NCBI GenBank assembly: GCA_023664705.1
Contig: JAMPFE010000001.1
Coordinates: 197,230-261,229 of the forward strand
Length of the DNA stretch: 64,000 nt
Reading direction: 5' to 3'
From: Lachnospiraceae bacterium
GTDB lineage: Bacteria > Bacillota > Clostridia > Oscillospirales > Ruminococcaceae
The notes under the pieces are model-generated. The model was not told where the DNA came from and made no database searches. It worked only from the letters and a program-made list of their open reading frames with translations. Positions 9,730 to 18,543 of the stretch are shown here, piece after piece (positions within the stretch are counted from its first letter, which is position 1; each line of letters begins with the position of its first letter). The translations under genes were made by a program, and so were the position numbers.

Positions 9730-10962
9730 TTATTCGTCAACTACTTCGATGCCGTAGCGGTTGCAGAGCTTCGCCATGCCGTCCTTGTAGCCCGCGCCGA
9801 CCGCCGATATTTTCCATTCGCCCTTGTACAGATAAAACTCCAGAGCCACGACGGTAGCCTCCGCCGAAAGCCCGTCCATAACGAACGAAACGCGCTCCCC
9901 GCCCGCTCTTATCGACACGCGCGGCGTTCTCACCGACGCGAAATTTTTCACGGTATCGCCCGCGTATATCGAGTAAGCCAGCGCTATCCTCCGCACCCTG
10001 AAATCGACCTTCGCCAAGTCGACCTCGATGTGCCCGTCCGCGGGAACGTACACGACCTCGCCGTTTTCGGAGCGCTCGTTGCCGAAGAAAATCAGCCCCG
10101 CGTCGCCGAGCGACCGTTCGTCCTCGCCGAGCAGGAACACATAGGGGTCGATCTCATATCCCCTCGGCTTTTCGCAGGTGAAGAAGATATCAAATCGGCT
10201 GCCTATGTATTGAGACAGCGAAACGCGCTGCCCCCGCCTCATCGCGAGCGCCGGCAGCGACTTATCGGGCGTTCTCGTCATCGAGATAACGTCCGTCGCC
10301 GCGGGCGCGCTTATCGGCTCGGGGAGCGGCGCGCGCGAAAAATCGCGCTCGGGAGCGTCGTATATGCGCTTGTTTTCGGCTCTTTCGGCATTCGCGGCGG
10401 GTCTGCCCGTAAGGTATATCCTGCGCGTGAATTTGCTTTTGAACAGCACCTCCGCGTACAGATAGGTCTGCGCCGAAATGCCCGAAACTGTGACGGTAAG
10501 CTCGCTGCGCCCCGCGTTCAGCGTACTCGGCGAGAACGCGACCTCGCGGATATTGCAGACTATCTCGGTCTTGTCGGGAACGTTTACGGCGAGCGTGAAC
10601 GTATTCACGCTGTCAGCCGCGAATTCCCCAAGCCCGATAGTCCTCGGCACGTCGAAAAAGCCGTCCTCCGCGCCGAAACCGCGCACGCCGCCGAGCACCT
10701 CGATGTCCTTTGCCGAAGCGAGAACGCCCGCCGAAACGGCGATGTCGTTAAGACCGCCCTCCGTGAGCTCCGCGCGGATATTCTCGATAGAAACGCCGTT
10801 TGAGTTGATCTCGATAACGGGGGAGCTTTTCGACCAGATAGTGGTGTTTTTGCCGACAAGGCGCAGGGGCTTGCTTATCACAAGCGGTCCCTCGAATTCG
10901 CCCGACGGCAGCGTCACGCAAGACCCCGCCGCCGCGCCGTCGATAAGCCCTTTTAAGTCCAC
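9730..10962 (-). CDS. TerD-domain protein with about 230-aa N-terminal extension
   Basis: The C-terminal ~170 aa is a TerD fold (IDPYVFLLGEDERSLGDAGLIFFGN ... EFYLYKGEWKISAVGAGYKDGMAKLCNRYGI). The N-terminal part is beta-rich and was not recognised. GTG start with AAGGGGG SD. Confidence 0.85.
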   Translation of the reverse strand: MDLKGLIDGAAAGSCVTLPSGEFEGPLVISKPLRLVGKNTTIWSKSSPVIEINSNGVSIENIRAELTEGGLNDIAVSAGVLASAKDIEVLGGVRGFGAEDGFFDVPRTIGLGEFAADSVNTFTLAVNVPDKTEIVCNIREVAFSPSTLNAGRSELTVTVSGISAQTYLYAEVLFKSKFTRRIYLTGRPAANAERAENKRIYDAPERDFSRAPLPEPISAPAATDVISMTRTPDKSLPALAMRRGQRVSLSQYIGSRFDIFFTCEKPRGYEIDPYVFLLGEDERSLGDAGLIFFGNERSENGEVVYVPADGHIEVDLAKVDFRVRRIALAYSIYAGDTVKNFASVRTPRVSIRAGGERVSFVMDGLSAEATVVALEFYLYKGEWKISAVGAGYKDGMAKLCNRYGIEVVDE

Positions 10963-10980
10963 AAGCCCCGCCCCCTTTGA

Positions 10981-11138
10981 TAGTTAATAGTTTAATAGCC
11001 GCTAGTTGTTAGTTAATGTTTGGCTGCGAACGGTCACGTTTATAGCGACAGGAAAAGCGCCTTGGAAATACGCTATAAACGTTTCCGCTATCGTCACTTC
11101 CTTAACTGGCAACTAACAACTATTCACTATCAACTATA
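10981..11138. repeat. palindromic intergenic element, copy B (terD / TerD-fusion spacer)
   Basis: About 38-nt arms are largely complementary (TAGTTAATAGTTTAATAG... versus ...CTATTCACTATCAACTATA). The core has a perfect 12-bp stem, ACGTTTATAGCG (11036-11047) / CGCTATAAACGT (11071-11082), with a loop containing AAGCGCCTT. The right arm overlaps the terD stop codon. Confidence 0.85.
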
Positions 11139-11718
11139 CGTTAACGCCGTAGGCTCGGCAAAGAGCCTCCAGACCGCCCTGATAGCCCGCCGCCACCGCG
11201 TTGAACTTCCAGTCGCCGTTGTAGCGGTATATCTCGCAGACCACGAGCGCCGTCTCAATAGAGAATTCCTCAACGAGGTCGAAGCGCAGGACCTCCTCGC
11301 CGCCGACGTCGTCGGGAGTGTCTATCTTAACAACGCGGACGTAGGAGTTGGATACCTGCCCGAAGTTCTGATGCTTCTGCTCCGCGTCGAAAATCGTTAC
11401 CGTAACGGCGATCTTCTCAATTTCCGCGGGTATCTTGGAAAAGTCGATGATGATAGCCTCGTCGTCGCCGTCGCCCTCGCCCGTTCTGTTGTCGCCCGTA
11501 TGCACAACAGCGCCGTTTCTCGCCGAGAGATTGTTGTAGAAAATGAAGTCCTCGTCCTTAAGCACCTTGCCGCTGCTGCCGAGCAGGAACACGCACGCGT
11601 CCAAGTCGAAATCCTGACCGCCGTCGTAGCGGTTGGTGTCCCAGCCCAGACCGATACGCGCCATAGTTACCGATTTGTCAAGGCTCACGCGCTGACCCTT
11701 AGAAAGATTTACTGCCAT
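11134..11718 (-). CDS. terD: TerD-family stress protein
   Basis: 194 aa, canonical TerD over its full length: GWDTN...[24 protein letters not shown] (Ca-binding acidic loop), [25 protein letters not shown]. Confidence 0.95.
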   Translation of the reverse strand: MAVNLSKGQRVSLDKSVTMARIGLGWDTNRYDGGQDFDLDACVFLLGSSGKVLKDEDFIFYNNLSARNGAVVHTGDNRTGEGDGDDEAIIIDFSKIPAEIEKIAVTVTIFDAEQKHQNFGQVSNSYVRVVKIDTPDDVGGEEVLRFDLVEEFSIETALVVCEIYRYNGDWKFNAVAAGYQGGLEALCRAYGVNV

Positions 11719-11785
11719 AATTGTTTCCTCCGTAGATTATATTTTACCGTATTCCCCCGCGCCGCAGGGGAAACGGCGAGTTACC

Positions 11786-14533
11786 TCAGTTGCCTTTGCC
11801 CGCCGAGTTTGCGATCGCTTTTCTGATAAGGTCTATCGGGATTATCGAGATTGCGGGGATAAGCACCACCAGCCACTCGACGAGGTTCAGTCCCCAGCCC
11901 GAGAGAATACCTCTGCCGAGGTAGGTCATCAGTATCTGAACTACCGCGATAATGCCGAACACCGTCAAAAAGCCCTTGTTTTTGCCGAGATTGTCGAACA
12001 AATTCATGCGGTCGGTGCGCGCGTTGAACGCGTTGAACACCGCGATGAAGATGAAGAATGCGAAGTACGCCGTGTGGAGTATCGCGTGCGGCTCGTTTTC
12101 GATGTGGATATCGCGCAGCCAGCCCCAGCTTTCAAGATAGCTTACGGGATCGCCGCTCGGGAACGACCCGAGTATAAGCATCGCTATCGACAGCGCGAAA
12201 GTCCAGCCCGCGCCGACGATAATTTCCGACATCATATATTTGCTGATTATCGGCTCGTTTCTGCGCTTCGGCTTTTCTTTCATAAAGCGCTCGAGAGGCG
12301 GCTCTCCGCCGAACGCCAGCGCCGCGAGGGTGTCCATTACGAGGTTGACCCAGAGTATCTGGATAACGGACAGCGGATTTGCCACGCCGATAAGCGGGCA
12401 GACGAACGAGACCAGAACCGCCGCCACGTTGATAGTGAGCTGGAACACGATGAATTTGCGTATCGAGTTGAAGATCGTGCGCCCGTAGAGTATCGCGCGG
12501 TCTATCGAGTTGAAGTTGTCGTCGAGGATAACGATGTCGGAAGCCTCTTTCGCGACCTCCGTGCCGCCGCCCATAGCGAAGCCGACGTCGGCTTTCTTGA
12601 GCGCGGGGGAGTCGTTCACGCCGTCGCCCGTCATGCCCGCGACGAGGTCAAGCTCCTGCGCGAGACGCACCAGACGGCTCTTGTCGGTAGGCAGCGCGCG
12701 CGCGATAACGCGGATATCCTTTAGCTTTGCCTTGATGTCGTCGTCGGACATCTTCGCAAGCTCGTCCGAGGTGAGCATAAGGTTGCTGTCGGAGTCGATA
12801 AGCCCGGCTTCTTTGGCGATAGCGACGGCGGTCTCCTTGCGGTCGCCCGTTATCATAACGACCTGCACGCCCGCGCCCTTGACCTCTTTGATAGCGGTGA
12901 CGGACTCGGGGCGAACCTCGTCGCGTATGCCCAGACAGCCCACGAGCGTCCAGTTGTTGCCCTCGGGCAGCGATTCCTCGCCGAGAGCGTCCTCGGAGGT
13001 CGCCACGGCAAGCACGCGTATAGCGCGGTTGGCAAGCTCGTCTATCTTCGCGTTGAGCGCGTTCATATCGAACGGCTGCTTTTTGCCGTCCTTGTCGTAG
13101 TAGTGGGAGCAGCGCTGCAAAATCTTCTCGGGCGCGCCCTTGATAAGCGAGAGGTCGTATTCGCCTTCGACCTGCGTCGCGGAGTATTTGTTCGTGGAGT
13201 TGAACGGAATGTTGCCGACAGCCTTAACGACAGCCTTGCACTCGGTGTTCATGGCATAGCCGAGGATAGCGCGTTCCGTGGCGTTTCCGCCGAGCACGCG
13301 GCGCTCCTTGCCCTCGCCCGAAATCATCGAAAGCGTGTTCTTGTGAATGGAAAGCGACAGCAGGTCGCCGAGCTTTCCGCCGACGTCGTCAAAGGTCTTG
13401 TATTCGTTTACGGCGCCGTCGAGGAAGTTGATGGCCTCCAGTTTGCCCTTGGTGATAGTGCCCGTCTTGTCGGAGAACAGGATGTTCAGCGAGCCCGCGG
13501 TCTCGATACCCGCGACCTTGCGCACGAGAACGTTGTCCTTGAGCATTTTGCCCATATTCTGTGCCGAAACGATAGCTATCATCAGCGGCAGACCCTCGGG
13601 CACCGCCATAACGATGATGATGACCGCCAGCATAACCGCCTCAATAAGCGCCTTAAGCAGCGCCGCCCACGCGAATACGCCGCCCGGCGCGAGGAACGCC
13701 ATAGGGGCAAAGCCCGTATCGAACAGGATAGTTTTCGCCAGCATCGCGACAGCGATAGCCACGCCGCCGATATAGCCGAACTTGGAGATGCCGTTCGCGA
13801 GCTTGCCGAGCTTTACCTTCAGCGGCGTTTCGCGGTCGTCCTCTGTCTGCAGCTCGGAGGCTATCTTGCCGTACTCGGACTTGTCGCCGACGACCGTGAC
13901 CTGCATTACCGCGTTGCCCGAGCAGACCACCGCGCCGCGGTATACCTTGTATTCGCTGTCGAAGTTGGTGTTTTCGTCGGTGTCGACCCACCCCTCGGGT
14001 ATCGCGAATTTCTTAGCCTCGCGGCTCTCGCCGTTCAGCACGGACTGGTCTACCTTGATGTCGCCGTCGATTATAATGCCGTCGGCGGGTATCTTATCGC
14101 CCGACTGGAGCAATATCGCGTCCCCGACAACGATGTCGTTTATCGCGACCTCGGAGATAACGCCGTTGCGGTAGGTCTTGACCATAATGCGGGAAGCCTC
14201 CTCCTGAAGCTTCTGGAACGCGTTTTCGTTGCGGTATTCGGAGAACGTCGAAACCAGCGTCGCTAGGCATATCGCGATGAAGATGCCGAGCGGCTCGTAC
14301 CACTCGGGAGCGCCCTCCACGAACGGATGCCCGTCCGCGTTCTTCACCAGACCGAGCACTGCAAGCACGACGTTGATGAGCAGCGCGACGATGAGTATCT
14401 TTATCATGGGGTCGCCGAGATTGCCCTTGAGCTTATCCCAGAAGCTCTCGTGAGCCTGCTCCGTCATTGAATTGTCGCCGTATTTAGCCTTGCTTTCGGC
14501 AACCTCCTTGTCTGTCAGACCGAATTTTTTCAT
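11786..14533 (-). CDS. P-type Ca2+-transporting ATPase (type II, PMCA-like)
   Basis: DKTGTIT phosphorylation site, TGDGVNDSPALKKADVG hinge, PEGLP in TM4, NLVMDTLAALAFGGEPP in TM6, and a cation-ATPase N-terminal domain. Confidence 0.92.
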   Translation of the reverse strand: MKKFGLTDKEVAESKAKYGDNSMTEQAHESFWDKLKGNLGDPMIKILIVALLINVVLAVLGLVKNADGHPFVEGAPEWYEPLGIFIAICLATLVSTFSEYRNENAFQKLQEEASRIMVKTYRNGVISEVAINDIVVGDAILLQSGDKIPADGIIIDGDIKVDQSVLNGESREAKKFAIPEGWVDTDENTNFDSEYKVYRGAVVCSGNAVMQVTVVGDKSEYGKIASELQTEDDRETPLKVKLGKLANGISKFGYIGGVAIAVAMLAKTILFDTGFAPMAFLAPGGVFAWAALLKALIEAVMLAVIIIVMAVPEGLPLMIAIVSAQNMGKMLKDNVLVRKVAGIETAGSLNILFSDKTGTITKGKLEAINFLDGAVNEYKTFDDVGGKLGDLLSLSIHKNTLSMISGEGKERRVLGGNATERAILGYAMNTECKAVVKAVGNIPFNSTNKYSATQVEGEYDLSLIKGAPEKILQRCSHYYDKDGKKQPFDMNALNAKIDELANRAIRVLAVATSEDALGEESLPEGNNWTLVGCLGIRDEVRPESVTAIKEVKGAGVQVVMITGDRKETAVAIAKEAGLIDSDSNLMLTSDELAKMSDDDIKAKLKDIRVIARALPTDKSRLVRLAQELDLVAGMTGDGVNDSPALKKADVGFAMGGGTEVAKEASDIVILDDNFNSIDRAILYGRTIFNSIRKFIVFQLTINVAAVLVSFVCPLIGVANPLSVIQILWVNLVMDTLAALAFGGEPPLERFMKEKPKRRNEPIISKYMMSEIIVGAGWTFALSIAMLILGSFPSGDPVSYLESWGWLRDIHIENEPHAILHTAYFAFFIFIAVFNAFNARTDRMNLFDNLGKNKGFLTVFGIIAVVQILMTYLGRGILSGWGLNLVEWLVVLIPAISIIPIDLIRKAIANSAGKGN

Positions 14534-14602
14534 TTTGTAATGATCCTTTCATATATTACTTATTGTATTGTTACGCCAAAGGCATAATTGCGGTTTTTGC
14601 GG

Positions 14603-16087
14603 TCATTTTCCGCCGATTATCGTCGTCTCGCACAGCAGCCCGTTTTCCTTGTCGCTCATGCGGAACATCGCCAGATCCTTTAGCTCGACGGCGCTGCCCT
14701 TCGGCACGAGCCTCCCCGACGGCGACGTCATGCCCTCTATGCCGCTGTTGACGAGCAGCCACATACCGTTATAATAGGCGATATAGGCGCGCATGGATGG
14801 GTCTGCCTTTTCATCGTTGTGGACGTTTGAGAACACATGCCAGTCGAACAGCGGCATTTTGTCGTAGACGATGACCTCGCTTTTGCCGCGGTAAACGCCC
14901 TTTTTGCCGCGCATTTCACTCTTGAAGCCGAGGCGGATTATCTTCCCCGCGGCGCGCGTTCCGCAGAACGGGCAGACGGGCGCGTTTTCGTCGCGCAGTA
15001 TGAACCATTTCTTTTCGCAGTGCGGGTTCGCGCACGGCACGAGCCTGTCCCAAGCCCTGAGCAGCTCCGTTTCCCATTCCATTGCGGCAGGACGCTCCGA
15101 GGGGTTATGCAACCCGTCCACGAACGCCCTCAGAAACAGCTTCTCCAAGCCCTTTGACAGAGACTGTATCGTCACGCCGAGGTTAGGAGGTCTGTTCGAG
15201 CGGTCGTCGGGGTTCTCAATAAAGGTAGCCTTTTCGCCGAGCGCCAGAAAATCGTCCTCCTCGGCGCTTTTGGTGCTGTAAATTTTCGGTCCGATAAGGG
15301 GGTGCCGAAAAAAAAGATATTCGTAGATGAGCACGGGCAGCGCGTGCAGGTCGGTCTGCACGCACGGCAGCGCCCGCCGCGGGTCGTTGTAGTCGAGCTC
15401 CAGCGTCGCGAGCACCTCGGGCGCGATGTAGCCGCGCGTCCCGACGACCTCGGGGGCGTACTTGTTCGGCACGACGAGCGAATCGATGTCGATGACTACG
15501 GCGGAGCCGCTTTTCGGGTCGATGAGCACGTTGTTGCAGGATAAGTCGGAGTGCGCCAGACCCGCCTGATGCATTCTGCGCACCGTCCGCGCGAGCCCTA
15601 TCGCGGTTTTCAGCATGGTGCGGAAATCGCCGCGCTCGGCGGGCTCGAGGTACTTGCGGTTGCGCCCCGTGAACCAGTTGGATTTCTTGTCCTTGCCCTT
15701 CAAATTCAGCACCGCGGACGCGCCGTCGCCGAAGAAGAAGTTGCTCGGGTAGGTCGGGCAGACAATGCCGAATTCGGGGCTTTTCACGATCGCCACGGGC
15801 CAGCAGAACCGCTGCCTGAAATAATCCGCGGTCTTTTCGGTGTTCCCGAGCGCGCCGCCGTCCGCCTCCGAGAGCGTGGGGTTGTAAATTCCCACAATGG
15901 TGCGGATCCGGTCCTGCAAACGCGGATTTTCGGAGTCGCGCGGGTTGTTGAAAAACTGCACCGCGAACCTCCTGTCGGGCGTGAAAAACGTGTGCTTCAT
16001 ACCGCCGCGCGGCGCGTTTGCGTCGTATACATATTGAATTTTGCTGCCGTTTTCCAGCACGGCAGTAAGCACTTCGCCGCTTATCAT
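14603..16087 (-). CDS. Ser/Thr protein kinase of the TerY-P triad, with C-terminal zinc ribbon and beta-rich domain
   Basis: HSDLSCNNVLID catalytic loop, DIDS (DFG-like), GTRGYIAPE, and CxxC...CxxC (CANPHCEKK...CPFCG). The ATG at 16087 has a GGAAGGA SD. The track start at 16129 is a TTG without an SD. Confidence 0.88.
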   Translation of the reverse strand: MISGEVLTAVLENGSKIQYVYDANAPRGGMKHTFFTPDRRFAVQFFNNPRDSENPRLQDRIRTIVGIYNPTLSEADGGALGNTEKTADYFRQRFCWPVAIVKSPEFGIVCPTYPSNFFFGDGASAVLNLKGKDKKSNWFTGRNRKYLEPAERGDFRTMLKTAIGLARTVRRMHQAGLAHSDLSCNNVLIDPKSGSAVVIDIDSLVVPNKYAPEVVGTRGYIAPEVLATLELDYNDPRRALPCVQTDLHALPVLIYEYLFFRHPLIGPKIYSTKSAEEDDFLALGEKATFIENPDDRSNRPPNLGVTIQSLSKGLEKLFLRAFVDGLHNPSERPAAMEWETELLRAWDRLVPCANPHCEKKWFILRDENAPVCPFCGTRAAGKIIRLGFKSEMRGKKGVYRGKSEVIVYDKMPLFDWHVFSNVHNDEKADPSMRAYIAYYNGMWLLVNSGIEGMTSPSGRLVPKGSAVELKDLAMFRMSDKENGLLCETTIIGGK

Positions 16088-16265
16088 ATTTTTATCCTTC
16101 CGCGTAAGCGATTTCGCCTTTAAAATCAATGCTTTTTTTGAACGTTTTCCGAGATTTTTTTAACTGCGGTATATGCGATAACAAAAGGGATTTCCGCGTA
16201 AAATCATTGCCGAAAAACCTCGAAAATTTCACGTTTAAAAAAAGACGTGTTTTTCGTTCCGAAAA

Positions 16266-17729
16266 TCAGCGCAAGACCCTCACCGAAACGAGCGTTCTGT
16301 CGTCGAACGAGCCGCGCTCGTTGTAGTTGTCGAGCCATACGCGCAGGCGCTCCTCGGGAGTGTCGCCGATGTTCATTCTGAACGCCTCAAGCGAATGGCA
16401 CCAAAGCATTCCACGCTTGTCCCAGAGCGCCGCCATCGCCTCCTCGGATTTGTCCCCGAGGAGCTGTTTCGCGTACTGGAGCGCCACGCTCTGCTGCGTG
16501 AGCGACACCGAGCGGAACCGTATCGGCGCGGGATCCTCGCCGCCCCTGCCGCGCTCTCCCTCCATGGGCAGAACGCCGTTCAGGCAAAGGTCGAGGTACA
16601 GCCGCTGCATCATCGGCTGAGCGGGGAAATAATCGTCCGCGACGCCGTCCGACATCAGCAGCACGGTATCGGAGCTGCCGCGCGAAATGCGCGTTTTTGC
16701 GCCGATGACCTCGGCTTTGGAGTTCTTTTCGGAGAGGAAATCCGTCTCGCCCGAAAACGCGCCGCTGTCCGCCTCGCCCATGAGCTTCAGGCAATGAGCG
16801 CTGTCCGCGGCGCTGTCGATTGCGCAGATACAGCCGTCGCCTATCTGCACGCACGCCATAAAGGCCTGCGGCTTGCCGCCGACCTCCACGGGCACTATCA
16901 CCGCCGCCAGAAACGTCGTCGAGAGGTCGCCGATGACGGGCTTGCGCCCCAGAGCGTCCTTGTACCTTTTGTCCTCGGAGAGCTTGGAAAGCTCATTCTG
17001 CTGCGCCGCGAAAGCCTCTCTCGCCGCCTCTTGGACAAGCGGCGCGACGCGTCCGCAGGCTGCCATAAACTCGGCTGAGTTTAAATCGGCGGCAAGCCCA
17101 GATTTAAGCGCGGGCATTGCCGAAAAAAGCTCCGTCGTTTTGGCTTTGAGATACGCCGCGGCGGTCTCCGCGCTGACGCGCGAGCCTATCCGTGAAAGCG
17201 GCTTGGAGCCCGCGCCGTCGCACACCACCGCGATAACGCAGTCGTCGGTGACGGCGGTCTCGAAATAGTCGTCGCAGTTCGTGCCCTCGTGCTTGTGCTT
17301 TTTGCCGCGCACGCGTGCGCCAGTTACTTCGGCAAACGGCGTAACTGTGCGCTTTTCGTGGTATTCCGAGTGCATTTCCGTGCCGTTGTCGACAATTTCC
17401 TTATATTGCCAGATAGACGCCGTATGCTCCATTACCTCCATATCCGAGAGGTGCGGGGCGGGGGCGAGCGGAGCGTTTTCCCGAGCCTTCTCGTCGGGCT
17501 TTGAAGCATCATTTTTCACATTTTGTGAATTATCCTCTTTCGGCAGCTCAACGGGCTTTTCATCGCTTTTGGGCGCGGCAGTGCCCTGCTCTTTAAGCGA
17601 CTTCTGTATTTTAAGGTACTCCTCCGCCGACATTATCGCGGGCTTTTTCCCGATGTCGTCGAACGTGATCGAGAGCTGCTGCTCGGCGCTTTCGCTCGGG
17701 GGAGCGGGGTTCATTTCGGTTTTATCCAT
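16266..17729 (-). CDS. PP2C-family Ser/Thr phosphatase of the TerY-P triad
   Basis: VVCDGAGSK and LLMSDGVADDY metal-binding motifs. About 130-aa low-complexity N-terminal region. Starts 19 nt after the vWA gene. Confidence 0.85.
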   Translation of the reverse strand: MDKTEMNPAPPSESAEQQLSITFDDIGKKPAIMSAEEYLKIQKSLKEQGTAAPKSDEKPVELPKEDNSQNVKNDASKPDEKARENAPLAPAPHLSDMEVMEHTASIWQYKEIVDNGTEMHSEYHEKRTVTPFAEVTGARVRGKKHKHEGTNCDDYFETAVTDDCVIAVVCDGAGSKPLSRIGSRVSAETAAAYLKAKTTELFSAMPALKSGLAADLNSAEFMAACGRVAPLVQEAAREAFAAQQNELSKLSEDKRYKDALGRKPVIGDLSTTFLAAVIVPVEVGGKPQAFMACVQIGDGCICAIDSAADSAHCLKLMGEADSGAFSGETDFLSEKNSKAEVIGAKTRISRGSSDTVLLMSDGVADDYFPAQPMMQRLYLDLCLNGVLPMEGERGRGGEDPAPIRFRSVSLTQQSVALQYAKQLLGDKSEEAMAALWDKRGMLWCHSLEAFRMNIGDTPEERLRVWLDNYNERGSFDDRTLVSVRVLR

Positions 17730-17748
17730 TCAATTCACCTGTATGCCG

Positions 17749-18390
17749 TTAAGGCACGATAACAAAGCCCTGAGGGGGCGGAGGGAGCTCGATGGGGTCG
17801 CCGGGCTTGGCGTCGATGCTCTTGGAGCTTGCCTTTATGGAGCTGGACACCCACGCGAAGAACTGCGCCATATCGCCCGCCGTGAGATTGTTCATCATAA
17901 GCACGTTGTTGGTAATTTTCTTGAGCGTGTTCGCGTTTGCGTTCGCGCCCGCGCCGCAGGCGATGATGTTGCCCGTGGAGACCTGCTTTATCGCGTCTAT
18001 GCCCTCGTCGAGGTTGTCTGTGGGCGCGCCGTCGGTCATAAGGAACACAAGCGGCTTCCAGTCGCCCTTCTGCGTGGCGGTGGAGGTATGCACCTCGTTT
18101 GTAATGCACTCCGCGAGCACCTTCAGCGCGCCGCCGAGCGCGGTAGCGCCGCCCGCCTGTATCTGCGGCTCCTTGAACAGCATAAGCTCGGTAAGCGGGC
18201 TTATCTGCCGCGCGGAGCTGTCGAACGTGATTATCGACAGAAACGCGGTCTCGAGCGCCTGAGGGTCGCCCTTAAGCTCCGAAATGAGCGTTTTGATGCC
18301 TTGCTTTACCGCCTCGATGGGCTCTCCCGCCATTGAACCGCTGCAGTCCAGCAGCAGATACACGGGTAATCTTCTGATGTAATCGGACAT
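17749..18390 (-). CDS. terY: TerY-like von Willebrand factor A (vWA) protein
   Basis: MIDAS motif LLLDCSGSM followed by FLMTDGAPTD. The ATG at 18390 has a GGAGG SD 8 nt upstream and lies downstream of the consensus promoter at 18447-18475. The track start at 18441 would lie at or upstream of the predicted TSS. Confidence 0.88.
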   Translation of the reverse strand: MSDYIRRLPVYLLLDCSGSMAGEPIEAVKQGIKTLISELKGDPQALETAFLSIITFDSSARQISPLTELMLFKEPQIQAGGATALGGALKVLAECITNEVHTSTATQKGDWKPLVFLMTDGAPTDNLDEGIDAIKQVSTGNIIACGAGANANANTLKKITNNVLMMNNLTAGDMAQFFAWVSSSIKASSKSIDAKPGDPIELPPPPQGFVIVP

Positions 18391-18446
18391 TTTTTTATCC
18401 TCCGTTAATAAATCGGGCGCCACATACCCATAAATCTTCAAAATAC

Positions 18447-18475
18447 ATTATACCTTAATTTTCACGATATGTCAA
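18447..18475 (-). promoter_or_regulatory. sigma-A consensus promoter for the TerY-P / Ter island
   Basis: On the minus strand: TTGACA (18470-18475), a 17-nt spacer, then TATAAT (18447-18452). Confidence 0.7.
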
Positions 18476-18543
18476 TAGTTTTGACAAAAAATTACGGATA
18501 ATTGCTCTCCGCGCTGTGAAAAAACAACAAAAACGGCTGTAAT

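Noticed and set aside
18391-18441. Longest-ORF starts for the vWA gene (18441), kinase (16129, TTG), pepP-like (4317), hpt (32795), rnj (25802, GTG), PBP2 (51248), GH5 (55298), tmcAL (56719), lipoprotein (38248) and sigma factor (38307).
   Set aside because: Downstream in-frame ATGs have proper SD sequences at 6-9 nt and give N-termini that match family expectations (lipobox, signal anchor, MKIG..YNPFHNGH and so on). For the vWA gene, the upstream start would coincide with or precede the predicted TSS.
6186-18475. Whether the Ter island is a mobile or recently transferred genomic island.
   Set aside because: There is no integrase, transposase, tRNA or flanking direct repeats. Base composition and codon style look like those of the surrounding housekeeping genes. 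The palindromic elements also occur outside the island.
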